Assembly (NCBI GenBank): GCA_963695185.1
Contig: CAVOGH010000001.1
Coordinates: 272,889 to 336,888, forward strand
DNA length: 64,000 bases
Origin: an uncultured Gemmatimonadales bacterium
Lineage (GTDB): Bacteria > Gemmatimonadota > Gemmatimonadetes > Gemmatimonadales > GWC2-71-9
Reading direction: 5' to 3'
Under the pieces are notes generated by a model. It saw only the letters and a program-made list of their open reading frames with translations. It was not told the origin of the DNA and made no database searches. Numbering within the stretch: position 1 is the first letter of the stretch; every line of letters starts with the position of its first letter. The position numbers and the translations under genes were made by a program. This document shows positions 31,063 to 40,399 of this stretch, piece after piece.

Positions 31063-33099
31063 CTAGAGGATCTCCCACCAGACCCGACCGACATCCACCA
31101 TCAGGCCCAGCCGACCAGATTCCAGCGAGAGCCCCAGGTCCACACGCAGCAGCTCATGGAACCATTCCGCGGCCAGCCCGGCCACCGGTCGGATGCGGTC
31201 GCTGGGACGCCACGGCACCTCGCTGACGGCCCCGCCCGCCCAGCCTGCGGCGATGAACGGCGCCAGGGTCATCGCCGGACCGGTGGACGCGAACGGCCCC
31301 AATGACACGGCGGGGACCGGAACCGGAATCCGGTATTCCAGAGAGGCCAGCGCTATATGCCTTCCCCCCCACGCCCGGAACGGGGTGCCGGGAAGGGTGC
31401 CCCAGCCGCCGATGGCAAAGGACCGGTAGGCCGGCAGCTCCACCGAGCCCGTTCCCGCCTGCATTCGCAGGCGGACACCGCCGGGGCCGAGTGGGGTGAG
31501 CCCGCTGAAGCGCAGGGTGCTGCGGAGATAGTCTCGACTCCCGGTGCCTCCTTCGACGCTGAATTCGAGGTCCACGTCCGCGCGGCGATCCAGGCTGGCC
31601 CGCTCAATCCGCAGCCCGAGCCTCCCCACCCCGATGCGGCCCGCGCCGAGCGCCGGATTGGGCCGATAGTGGCCGGTGGCGGGGGTGGCCTCGACGGCGA
31701 GGGTACGGCTGCGTTCGTAGGCTGCACCCAGGGTCGCCGCTGCGACCCCGCTGAGCCGGGCGGCCAGGGTGGCGCCAATCCGGTCCTGCAGCACGTAGTC
31801 GCCGTGGTCGCGGCCCGCCTCCTGCGCAAGCAGGGAGTTGACCACTCCCGAGAGGAGCGGCCGGTCGGCGAGGTCCCGAACCTGGCGCCCCACAGCAAGC
31901 CCCAGGCTCACCTCGCCGCTGGCCGCATCGAGGCGGAGCTCGCCGGTCAGGCGGGCGTCGCTGGTGCCGAACGCCGCCCGGGGGCGCAGGGTCGCCCCCC
32001 GGCCGAGGTCGAGCGCGGCACCCGCGCCCAAGGTAAGGCCCTGCACCCGATTCACCCGGATCAGCTCGCTCAGGGCCGGAACCCCGAGCCGCGCCCGCCG
32101 CAGTCCGCTGAGCATCCCCACGCCGGCGATGCGTGCCGCTTCGCTCCGGACGGCGTCAATGTCCTGGGCCTCCACCGGCCGGGCGACCTGGGTGACCGCG
32201 TCGGCGAGCGGCGCCGGCCACACCTGGCCGCTGTCCCGCGGGGCGCGCAGCCCGGCGATCGCCGGCCCGCGAAGCACCGCGGCCGGCACGGCCACGTTCA
32301 GTTCGTAATCACCGATCTCCCACCGCCCGCGGATGATCGACCGGAGCGGAAAGTCGAGCCAGGTGACCCGGCGGCGAATCTCGATCTCCTGCCGCCAGGG
32401 GAGCCACCAGCGATCGTCGAGGCGGGCGTTCTCGAGGACGATGCTGATGTCCTCCAGGGAGCGGTCCAGGTAGGCGGCCGGGGTGAAGCTGAACCGGAAG
32501 CGCACCAGCGTACCGGTGGCGGCATCCAGAGAGAGGGTCCCGGCCACCAACGGCAGGTGGCCGTCGCGCGGGCGCACCTCCACCTCCTGCAGCCGGAGCA
32601 CCCCGTCGCGGCCGGTGACCCGGACCGAGTCGGCCAGCCGGTACTCGTAGCTCGCCGGGCCGTCGGGCGCGAGCGGGTGGATCACGTCGCGGACCTCGTC
32701 GCCCTCGCCGATGCGGATGCGGTCGCCGAAGTCGTTGGTGACGATGCCGAGATGATCGCGATGGTAGTTGATGTCGGTCGGCAGCCAGCGGCCATCCCGC
32801 CAGCCGAGGATCACCTGCTTGCTGGTGGCCGGGGCCTGCCAATACACTTCGACGTCGAGTTCATCGGCTTTGATCAGGCGCGGGGGCTGGACCAGTCCCT
32901 GGCCCGCCTGGGCCAGGAAGAAGACGAACCCGTGCGCCCGGGTGCGGTAGCTCGTCAGGGTGGAGTCGGGCTGGGTACGCTGCCGGGCCGCGACGCCGCG
33001 CTCGATGAGCGCCAGCACCCCGGGGTCGTTCCATTCCTGCGCCGCGACCGACGCCGCGGGCAGGCTCAGCAGCACCAGAAACGCCGGAAGTACCCGCAT
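31063..33099 (-). CDS. Secreted outer-membrane protein with Omp85/surface-antigen-like C-terminal barrel
   Basis: The signal peptide is MRVLPAFLVLLSLPAASVAAQ. The C-terminal third has Bac_surface_Ag-like strands (SLEYRIPV...FIAAGWAGG...GLAAEWFHELLRVDLGLSL...VDVGRVWWEIL). Confidence 0.6.
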   Translation of the reverse strand: MRVLPAFLVLLSLPAASVAAQEWNDPGVLALIERGVAARQRTQPDSTLTSYRTRAHGFVFFLAQAGQGLVQPPRLIKADELDVEVYWQAPATSKQVILGWRDGRWLPTDINYHRDHLGIVTNDFGDRIRIGEGDEVRDVIHPLAPDGPASYEYRLADSVRVTGRDGVLRLQEVEVRPRDGHLPLVAGTLSLDAATGTLVRFRFSFTPAAYLDRSLEDISIVLENARLDDRWWLPWRQEIEIRRRVTWLDFPLRSIIRGRWEIGDYELNVAVPAAVLRGPAIAGLRAPRDSGQVWPAPLADAVTQVARPVEAQDIDAVRSEAARIAGVGMLSGLRRARLGVPALSELIRVNRVQGLTLGAGAALDLGRGATLRPRAAFGTSDARLTGELRLDAASGEVSLGLAVGRQVRDLADRPLLSGVVNSLLAQEAGRDHGDYVLQDRIGATLAARLSGVAAATLGAAYERSRTLAVEATPATGHYRPNPALGAGRIGVGRLGLRIERASLDRRADVDLEFSVEGGTGSRDYLRSTLRFSGLTPLGPGGVRLRMQAGTGSVELPAYRSFAIGGWGTLPGTPFRAWGGRHIALASLEYRIPVPVPAVSLGPFASTGPAMTLAPFIAAGWAGGAVSEVPWRPSDRIRPVAGLAAEWFHELLRVDLGLSLESGRLGLMVDVGRVWWEIL

Positions 33100-33136
33100 C
33101 GGCGTAAGCTACATGCCCAGCCCGGAAGAGGTGAGC

Positions 33137-33718
33137 GTGAGAGGCGGATCATGGAGTGTGCTCCTGGCGCTGGCCATCGCGGCCTGCGGCCGGGCCACCA
33201 CCCAGGGGGGCGGCAATCCCGACGGCGACGACACACCGCGCGTGCGGCCGCTGTCCCAGCTGTACGTCCTGGAGATGCGCGGCATCCCGCCCGAGGACAC
33301 GGTGGTCACCTTCCGCAGCGGCCAACCGAGGACGATCGTTCTGCGGCACGGCCCGCCGGACAACACCGTGTTCGTGGAGCTCCACTTCCCCGACTCCGTC
33401 TTCCAGGGCGGTCAGTTCCCGGACTCGGTGACCGCCACCATCAACCCCCGGCCTGGGGTCTACGGGCTCGACCTCGGCCTGAGCGCCACGCCCCGGCGCG
33501 GCGCGACCATCCGGTTCAAGTATCCGGTGCATTTCCTGGCTCCCGTGGCCGCACTCCGCAAGCACGGATCGGCCGTCCGGTTCGAGCGGACCCTGAGCGT
33601 GGCCAGACGGATTGAGGGGGAGCGGTTTGCGTTGCTCCCCTCCGACCGCCCCGCCTCCGACAACCTGCGCGCCCCCCTGCCCGGACCGGGCACCTACCTG
33701 GTGGCGGGGGTCAGATGA
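33137..33718 (+). CDS. Lipoprotein, unknown function
   Basis: GAGG lies 6 nt upstream of GTG 33137. The lipobox is VRGGSWSVLLALAIAACG. ATG 33113 is an alternative start in the same frame. Confidence 0.6.
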   Translation: MRGGSWSVLLALAIAACGRATTQGGGNPDGDDTPRVRPLSQLYVLEMRGIPPEDTVVTFRSGQPRTIVLRHGPPDNTVFVELHFPDSVFQGGQFPDSVTATINPRPGVYGLDLGLSATPRRGATIRFKYPVHFLAPVAALRKHGSAVRFERTLSVARRIEGERFALLPSDRPASDNLRAPLPGPGTYLVAGVR

Positions 33719-33852
33719 CAACCAGCAGCTCTCAGCCGTCGGCCATCGGAGGCGGATTCGCAGACCGGTCTTTGCAAGGAACACCACACCCGCTACCTCT
33801 ATTCGAGGCTGCTAGCTGCTAACTGCTAGCCGACTCCCCCTCACCCCACCTC

Positions 33853-35334
33853 ATGACCCTCGCCGAGTTCCTCGCGTCCGCCCGCCCCGGGATGGTGCCG
33901 CTCACGCGCCAGGTGGTCCTCGACGGCGACACGCCGGTCTCCGCCTTCGCCAAGCTGCACCAGGGCCGGTACGGGTTCCTGCTGGAGTCGCTCGAGGGGG
34001 GCGAGCGGTGGGCCCGCTACACCTTCCTGTCCACCGACCCCCGCGAGGTCTATCGCTACCGGGGGCGGGAGGTGTCCCGCTGGACCAACGCGTCGGGGTG
34101 GGAAACGGTCGCGACCGACCTGGCGCCGCTGGATCACATGGCCGCGACAATGCGGCAGCATCCCCCGGTGCAGCTCCCCGGGCTGCCCCGGTTCACCGGT
34201 GGGGCAGTGGGTTACATCGGCTACGACGTGGTCCGAAGCCTCGAGCGGCTCCCCGCTCCGCCCCCCGACGATCGCGACCTGCCCGATGCGGTGATCATGG
34301 TCGCCGACACCGTGCTGGTGCTGGACAACCTGTTCAACCGGGCGACGGTGATCGCCAACGTGGAGGTCACCGCCGGCATGCCACGTTCCGCGGTCGAGGC
34401 GGGCTACCACGCCGCCTCCGCCCGGATTGACGACTGGCTGGCCCGGCTGGCGCAGCCCAGCATGCTCGGAGCGCTCTCCATCGAGGAGGCGGCGGCGCTG
34501 CCGGCCTGCACCTCGCCCACTGCCGCCGGCGACTATCAGGCGGGCGTGCGGAAGATCCAGGAGTACATCGCCGCCGGGGACACCTTCCAGACGGTGCTCT
34601 CGCGCCGCATCGATCTGGAAGCGCCGGAGCCGTTTCTGACCTACCGCTACCTCCGGGCACTCAACCCCGCCCCCTACCTGTACTTCCTCCACTGCGACGA
34701 CCTGCACGTGGTCGGCAGCTCGCCGGAGGTGCTGCTGCGGGTGGAGGAGGGCGAACTCACCGTGCGACCGATCGCCGGCACCCGCCCGCGCGGCGCCACC
34801 CCTGAGGCCGACCGAGCGCTGCAGGCGGAGCTGGAGGCGGATCCGAAGGAACGCGCCGAGCACCTGATGCTGGTGGATCTCGGCCGCAACGACGTCGGGC
34901 GGGTGTCGCAGTTCGGCAGCGTGCGGCTTACTTCGTTCATGACCGTGGAACGGTACAGCCACGTGATGCACCTGGTGAGCGAGGTGCGGGGGACGCTCCG
35001 GCCCGAGCTGGATGCGCTGGCGGCGCTGGGCGCCTGCTTCCCCGCCGGCACCGTCAGCGGGGCGCCCAAGGTCCGGGCCATGGAGATCATCGACGAGCTG
35101 GAGCCGGTGCGGCGGGGGGTGTACGCCGGGGCGGTAGGATACATCGCCTGGGGGGCACGGACGCTGGATACTGCCATCGCCATCCGGACCGTCGTCATGT
35201 GCCGGGGACGGGCCTGGGTCCAGGCGGGCGCGGGGGTGGTGGCGGATTCCAATCCCGAGGCTGAATTCCGCGAAACCGAAGCGAAGGCCCGCGCGGTCCT
35301 CGCGGCGCTGGGGCTGGCCGGGCGGACCGGGTAG
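33853..35334 (+). CDS. trpE: Anthranilate synthase component I
   Basis: Motifs seen: LLESLEGGERWARYTFL, GGAVGYIGYD, IAAGDTFQTVLSRR, HLMLVDLGRNDVGRV, FPAGTVSGAPK and RGVYAGAVGYI. Intact at 493 aa. Confidence 0.95.
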   Translation: MTLAEFLASARPGMVPLTRQVVLDGDTPVSAFAKLHQGRYGFLLESLEGGERWARYTFLSTDPREVYRYRGREVSRWTNASGWETVATDLAPLDHMAATMRQHPPVQLPGLPRFTGGAVGYIGYDVVRSLERLPAPPPDDRDLPDAVIMVADTVLVLDNLFNRATVIANVEVTAGMPRSAVEAGYHAASARIDDWLARLAQPSMLGALSIEEAAALPACTSPTAAGDYQAGVRKIQEYIAAGDTFQTVLSRRIDLEAPEPFLTYRYLRALNPAPYLYFLHCDDLHVVGSSPEVLLRVEEGELTVRPIAGTRPRGATPEADRALQAELEADPKERAEHLMLVDLGRNDVGRVSQFGSVRLTSFMTVERYSHVMHLVSEVRGTLRPELDALAALGACFPAGTVSGAPKVRAMEIIDELEPVRRGVYAGAVGYIAWGARTLDTAIAIRTVVMCRGRAWVQAGAGVVADSNPEAEFRETEAKARAVLAALGLAGRTG

Positions 35335-35380
35335 CCGCGCCGTTCCGCCGCTTCGACTCCAGCCCTATATTGCGGATTCC

Positions 35381-36991
35381 ATGGCCTTCAAACTCGTCTC
35401 CTTCACCGGCGATCAGGACTTCGAACTGAACGCGGACCACGTGTACATCGTGGGCCGCGCGGTGACCAGCGACATCCCCATCTTCGACCCCACGATCTCC
35501 CGCCGGCACGCCGAGCTCCGGGTCGTCAAGGGCGGAGTGAGCCTGAAGGACCTGGGCAGTTCCAACGGCACCTTCATCAACGGCACCAAGGTCACCGAGG
35601 GGACCCTGGAGGCGAACGACTCGGTGACCTTCGGCAAGGTCGTCTTCCAGCTCACCTCACCGGACCAGGCTCCCTCACGGCCCGGCAACACCGGCCAGTC
35701 GCTCCCGCAGGCCGGCGGGACGATCGTCAAGCAGATCTCGATGAGCGGAGGGGTCCAGGCGGTCATCGCCGGGCAGCAGGCGGCGGAGGCAGAGGCGGCC
35801 GCGGCCGGCCAGCTCAAGCTGGACGCCGCCAGCGCGGTGGAGCGGACCGCCCGCAAGCTGTCACTGCTGCTGGAGATCTCGCAGAAACTGTCGGGAGAGC
35901 TGGACCTGGACCGGGTGCTCGGCCGGGTGGTGACCACCACGTTCGAAGTGATGAACGTGGACCGGGTGTCGGTCCTCCTGGCCAACGAGGCCGGCGAGTT
36001 GGTGCCCCGGGTATCCAAGAGCCGCCTGGGAGACTCCTCCGCCCAGCACGTGCCGCGCACCATCGCCCGCAAGGCGGTGGAGGAGCGGGTGGCCATCCTG
36101 ACCGACAACGCCGCGGCGGACGATCGCTTCAAGGGCGGCCAGTCCATCCTGCTGCAGAGCGTGCGGAGCGCCATGTGCATCCCGCTCATGGCGAGCGCCG
36201 AGCAGGTGCTGGGCATCCTGTACGTGGACAACCTCACCGCCACCAACTCCTTCAGCGACGAGGACCTGCAGTTCCTGATCGCCTTCGGCGGCCTCGCCGC
36301 CATCGCCATCAAGAACAGCCGCTTCGCCGAGCAGATCCAGCGGCAGGCCATGGTCCGGTCCAACTTCGAGCGCTACTTCGCACCCAATGTCGCCGCCGAG
36401 ATCGCCATGCAGCAGGGCGCGGTCAAGCTGGGGGGCGACAAGCGCCCCGTCACCATTCTTTTCTCCGATATCCGTGGCTTCACCACCATGTCGGAGCACA
36501 TGAGCCCCGATTCGATCGCCGGCCTGCTGTCGGATTATTTCACCGAAATGGTGGACATCATCTTTGCCAACGGCGGCACGCTGGACAAGTTCATCGGCGA
36601 TGCCATCATGGCGCTCTGGGGCGCGCCCATCCCGCACGCCGATGACCCCGATCGCGCCGTGGCGGCGGCCATCGCCATGCAACGGGCCATCGGCAACATG
36701 AACGACGCCTGGGAAAAAGAGGGCCGGCCCAAGATCGGGGTGGGGATCGGGATCAACTACGGCGAGACCTTCGCGGGGAACATCGGCAGCCACCTGCGGC
36801 TGGAGTACACGGTCATCGGCGACGCGGTGAACGTGGCCAGCCGGCTCTGCTCCAACGCCAAGGGTGGGGAGATCCTGATCAGCGATCCGCTCTACCAGGT
36901 CCTCAAGCAGAAGCCCCCGGTGGAGGCCCGGGACCCGCTGAGCGTGAAGAACCGGGCCCAGGCCGTCCCGGTGTGGAAGGTGAAGCTCTAG
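35381..36991 (+). CDS. FHA-GAF-class III adenylate/guanylate cyclase
   Basis: The FHA domain reads YIVGRAVTSDIPIFDPTISRRHAEL...GSSNGTFING. A central GAF-like region follows. The cyclase domain reads VTILFSDIRGFTTMSE...GDAIMALWGAP...GINYGETFAGNIGS...YTVIGDAVNVASRL. Confidence 0.88.
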   Translation: MAFKLVSFTGDQDFELNADHVYIVGRAVTSDIPIFDPTISRRHAELRVVKGGVSLKDLGSSNGTFINGTKVTEGTLEANDSVTFGKVVFQLTSPDQAPSRPGNTGQSLPQAGGTIVKQISMSGGVQAVIAGQQAAEAEAAAAGQLKLDAASAVERTARKLSLLLEISQKLSGELDLDRVLGRVVTTTFEVMNVDRVSVLLANEAGELVPRVSKSRLGDSSAQHVPRTIARKAVEERVAILTDNAAADDRFKGGQSILLQSVRSAMCIPLMASAEQVLGILYVDNLTATNSFSDEDLQFLIAFGGLAAIAIKNSRFAEQIQRQAMVRSNFERYFAPNVAAEIAMQQGAVKLGGDKRPVTILFSDIRGFTTMSEHMSPDSIAGLLSDYFTEMVDIIFANGGTLDKFIGDAIMALWGAPIPHADDPDRAVAAAIAMQRAIGNMNDAWEKEGRPKIGVGIGINYGETFAGNIGSHLRLEYTVIGDAVNVASRLCSNAKGGEILISDPLYQVLKQKPPVEARDPLSVKNRAQAVPVWKVKL

Positions 36992-36997
36992 CGCCGC

Positions 36998-38167
36998 CTA
37001 GTGCGCCGGCGCCGTCTTCCAGAACGCGATCCCGCCCGCCTGCTGCCCCACGGCCACCGATCCCGCCCGCGTCCGCGCCACCAGATCCCACACATCCACC
37101 ATGCCGGGTGCCGCACCCACCCCCTCGCTGCTGACAAACGCGTAGCGCGAGTCCGGGCTGATGGTCACCCCGTGGGTGATGGTCGTGGAGCTCTTCTCCA
37201 GCATGACACTCTGCCCGGTGGCCAGGTCGAAGACCTGCACGCTTCCGCCCTGCTTGAGGGTGGCGACGAGCAGGGCGCCGTCCGGGGTCACGGCCAGATT
37301 ATAGGGGCCGCGGCCGGTGGGGAACCGCCGGGTAATGGCCCAGGTGCGACGGTCCACCTCCACGATCACATCGGCCCGGTTGCAGGCCACGTAGATGCGG
37401 GCGCCATCGGCGGAGGGCTGGGCCCAGGTGGGAGAGCAGGTGGGCTTGGGCATGTCGTGGCCGGCCGTGTGGTCCGCATGGCCGGTGGTGGCCTCCACCG
37501 GTCCCTCCCGTCCGGCCGCCAGGCCGAACCGCCGGGAAACCTCGAAGCTCCGCGCATCGAGCTCGACCAGCTGGTCGTCCATCATGCAGGCGGAGTACTG
37601 CCACATGCCGTCGGGGCTCACCCGGCTGCCATGGGGCATGGTACAGGTTTCCGTCCGGGCGACCTCGATCCCACTGGGGGTGTAGACCACCGACACCGAG
37701 GACGGCACCATCCGTCCGTGCAGGTTGAAGTTCACGATGAATGCGTACAAACCGTCCGGCGTCACGTCCAGGGAGGCGGGGAAGCGGCCCAGGAAGATCC
37801 CCGGCCCCACCAGAGTGTCGGGGCCGAGGGCGTAGCGCCAGTACTTGCCATCGGGGGAACCGTGACCGGTGGTCAGGTGCAGGAATCGGCCGTCCCGCGA
37901 GATCTGCAGGCCGTGCGGCCCCTCGACTTCCACCGCCGATTCGCCCACCGGAATGCTCCGCTCCAGCACCGTGCCGTCGGGCCCGAACCGGATCCGGTGG
38001 ATGAGATCGGCCGATTCGGCGCCCACGTAGACCCAGTAGTTGCTGGTCGGGACCGACGCGGACGGCGGGCCCGCCGGGGACTGGGCCCCGGCCAGCGCGA
38101 CCCGGAGCAGGAGCAGCCCGGCGCCGGCCCAGAGCGGGCCCGGCTTGCATGAGGAGTAGCAGCGCAT
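36998..38167 (-). CDS. Secreted YVTN/YncE-like beta-propeller repeat protein
   Basis: The signal peptide is MRCYSSCKPGPLWAGAGLLLLRVALAGAQS. Repeated motifs include GPHGLQISRDGRFLHL, SLDVTPDGLYAFIV, GPYNLAVTPDGALLVA and HGVTISPDSRYAFVS. The longest ORF extends to 38239. Confidence 0.7.
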   Translation of the reverse strand: MRCYSSCKPGPLWAGAGLLLLRVALAGAQSPAGPPSASVPTSNYWVYVGAESADLIHRIRFGPDGTVLERSIPVGESAVEVEGPHGLQISRDGRFLHLTTGHGSPDGKYWRYALGPDTLVGPGIFLGRFPASLDVTPDGLYAFIVNFNLHGRMVPSSVSVVYTPSGIEVARTETCTMPHGSRVSPDGMWQYSACMMDDQLVELDARSFEVSRRFGLAAGREGPVEATTGHADHTAGHDMPKPTCSPTWAQPSADGARIYVACNRADVIVEVDRRTWAITRRFPTGRGPYNLAVTPDGALLVATLKQGGSVQVFDLATGQSVMLEKSSTTITHGVTISPDSRYAFVSSEGVGAAPGMVDVWDLVARTRAGSVAVGQQAGGIAFWKTAPAH

Positions 38168-38259
38168 CACTATCCGTTCGGAGAGAGCCGCCCCGCCCCG
38201 CGGGTCCGGCCCGTTCGGTTCATCGCGCCACCGGCGCATGGTTCACTCAGGGAGCCTCC

Positions 38260-40317
38260 GTGTTCAATCTAACGTCGCCGTCGTGCACCCTCGCCACCCT
38301 CCTGCTGCTCGCCGTCACCCCCTCAGGCCAGGCGATGGCGCAGGAACAGGCGCCGCCGACACCGATCGCGCGGATCGTGCCGGAGCCGGCCAGCATCACC
38401 GTGGAAGTGGGCCAGAGCACCCCGGTGACGATGACCGCCTACGATGCCCAGGGCCATGTCATCACCGAACCGGCGATCCGCGCCAGCGCACCGCGTCGGG
38501 CCCTCCGGCTCACCCGCACGAGCGTGACCGGGCTCGCCGCGGGGGAGTTCGACATCGTCCTGAGCGCGGTCAACAGCGCGGGTACGAGTCCGGTGTCGGT
38601 CACCATCCCGGTGCGGGTCACCTGGCCCCGGCTGGACCGTGCCAGCGTCGAGGCGGCCCCCGGCCGCCTCTATAGCGGTGTCACGCTGGCGCTCAGGCCC
38701 CGGGCCTTCCATGCCGACAACAGCGAGCGGCCCGGCTCGGACCTGACGTGGCAGTGGCGGAGCAGCAACGAGGCCATCGCCAGCGTGGACCGCTTCGGGT
38801 ACGTCACCGCCCACCGGCCCGGGGCGGTGACCATTACCGCCGCCACGGAGGGCGTCCAGGCGGCGCTGCGCCAGCAGGTGGTCGCCAACCCGGTGCGAAG
38901 CCTCGCGATCGACCTGGGCCAGGCCTCGGTCCGCACCGGCGACGTGATCCACCTCAATGCCACCGCCCGCACCGCCGCCGGCACCCCGGTGCGGGACGTG
39001 CCGATCACCTGGAGCTACACCTACGCGCCCGACGACACCATCGCGGCGCCGGGCGCCACCGGCGTCATCGATCGCGGGCTCTTTGCCGCCGAGGTTCCGG
39101 GACGCTACACCCTGCTGGCCTCGGCGGGCACGGTCACCAGCCGCTCGGTACTGGAGGTCAAGCCACGCGATGTCCGCCGGCGGATCACCGTCACCGGCCG
39201 GGGGTCGGTCACCCACGTGCACACCTCGGACTTCTGGCCCTGGACCGGCAAGGACGGCCGGGACTACGCCCTGGTGGGCACCTGGGGGGGCGACGGCTGG
39301 GCCTACGTCGTGGACCTGACCGACCTCACCAACCTGGTGCGGACCGACTCCATCAAGGTGGATGCCCGGACCATCAACGACGTGACCGTCTCGCCGGACG
39401 GGCGCTACGGGGTGCTCTCGCGGGAAGGGGCGTCCAACCGGGTGAACGGCGTGGTGATCCTCGACCTCGCCAATCCGGCACACCCGACGGTCGCCTCGAC
39501 CTTCGATCAGGAGCTGACCGGTGGCGTGCATAACATGTTTGCCACTGACGACTACCTCTTTGCCATCTCGGGCGGGGAACGCTACATCATCATTGACGTG
39601 CGGGACATCTACCACCCGAAGTACGCTGGCCAGTACGACCACCCGGACTCCTACGTGCATGACGTCTGGGTGCGTGACGGTATCGCCTACTCGTCGGAGT
39701 GGGGCACCGGCGTGGTCGCGGTGGACGTCGGGAACGGCAAGTACGGCGGCAGCATCGAAAAGCCGGTGCTCATCGGCACCTTTCCCACCACCAGCGGCGC
39801 GACCCACGAGATCTTCCCCTACGTGCAGAAGGCCACCGGCAAGGTGTACCTCTTCCTGGGCGACGAGATCATGTCCCGGGAGGGGCGGGTGTGGGAGGGC
39901 ACCAACTACATGCGGGACCTCTTCACCGCCCAGCCCCGGCGGGGCGGCGTGCCGCAGACCTCGGCCGGGTACACCCATATCGTGGACTTCACCGATCCCC
40001 AGCACCCGCAGAACATCGCCAAGTACCACCAGGAGGAGTTCGGCGCCCACGACATCATCGTCGAGGACGACATCATGTACCAGGCCTACTACGACGGCGG
40101 CGTCCGGGTGGTGGATGTCTCGGGCGAACTGGTGGGGAACCTGGCCGAACAGCGGCGCGAGATCGCGGTCTACAAGCCTTTCGATCCGGAGGGCTTCACG
40201 CCCAACGCCTCCTTTGTGATGAACGCGATGCCGTGGAAGGGACACATCCTGTTCACCGACTTCAACAGCGGCCTGTGGGCGGCGAAGCTGGAGCCGAAGG
40301 GACCGCTGACGCCGTAG
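38260..40317 (+). CDS. Secreted protein with N-terminal Ig-like (Big_2-type) domains and C-terminal LVIVD-repeat beta-propeller
   Basis: GGAG lies upstream of GTG 38260. A signal peptide is present. The Ig-like segments include NEAIASVDRFGYVTAHRPGAVTITA. LVIVD-type repeats are GVHNMFATDDYLFAI, YVHDVWVRDGIAYSS and AHDIIVEDDIMYQAYYDGGVRVVDVS. Confidence 0.7.
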   Translation: MFNLTSPSCTLATLLLLAVTPSGQAMAQEQAPPTPIARIVPEPASITVEVGQSTPVTMTAYDAQGHVITEPAIRASAPRRALRLTRTSVTGLAAGEFDIVLSAVNSAGTSPVSVTIPVRVTWPRLDRASVEAAPGRLYSGVTLALRPRAFHADNSERPGSDLTWQWRSSNEAIASVDRFGYVTAHRPGAVTITAATEGVQAALRQQVVANPVRSLAIDLGQASVRTGDVIHLNATARTAAGTPVRDVPITWSYTYAPDDTIAAPGATGVIDRGLFAAEVPGRYTLLASAGTVTSRSVLEVKPRDVRRRITVTGRGSVTHVHTSDFWPWTGKDGRDYALVGTWGGDGWAYVVDLTDLTNLVRTDSIKVDARTINDVTVSPDGRYGVLSREGASNRVNGVVILDLANPAHPTVASTFDQELTGGVHNMFATDDYLFAISGGERYIIIDVRDIYHPKYAGQYDHPDSYVHDVWVRDGIAYSSEWGTGVVAVDVGNGKYGGSIEKPVLIGTFPTTSGATHEIFPYVQKATGKVYLFLGDEIMSREGRVWEGTNYMRDLFTAQPRRGGVPQTSAGYTHIVDFTDPQHPQNIAKYHQEEFGAHDIIVEDDIMYQAYYDGGVRVVDVSGELVGNLAEQRREIAVYKPFDPEGFTPNASFVMNAMPWKGHILFTDFNSGLWAAKLEPKGPLTP

Positions 40318-40370
40318 GCGGTTGGGCGGTTAGGCGATCGGGGGATCGGGGGATCGGCGAATTGGGCTCG
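40315..40370. repeat. Degenerate 8-nt periodic repeat starting at the stop codon (TAGGCGGT TGGGCGGT TAGGCGAT CGGGGGAT CGGGGGAT CGGCGAAT TGGGCTCG)
   Basis: Seven consecutive 8-nt units are visible by eye. It shares the 14-mer GGCGGTTAGGCGAT with 6851-6864. It lies in the convergent spacer before maf. Confidence 0.8.
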
Positions 40371-40399
40371 GCCAGTGCCGGCGCCACTCGTCCAATCGC

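Noticed and set aside
33719-33852. A trp leader peptide or attenuator upstream of trpE
   Set aside because: There is no short ORF with tandem Trp codons, and I could not find alternative terminator/antiterminator hairpins. Only the CTGCTAR heptamer triplet stands out.
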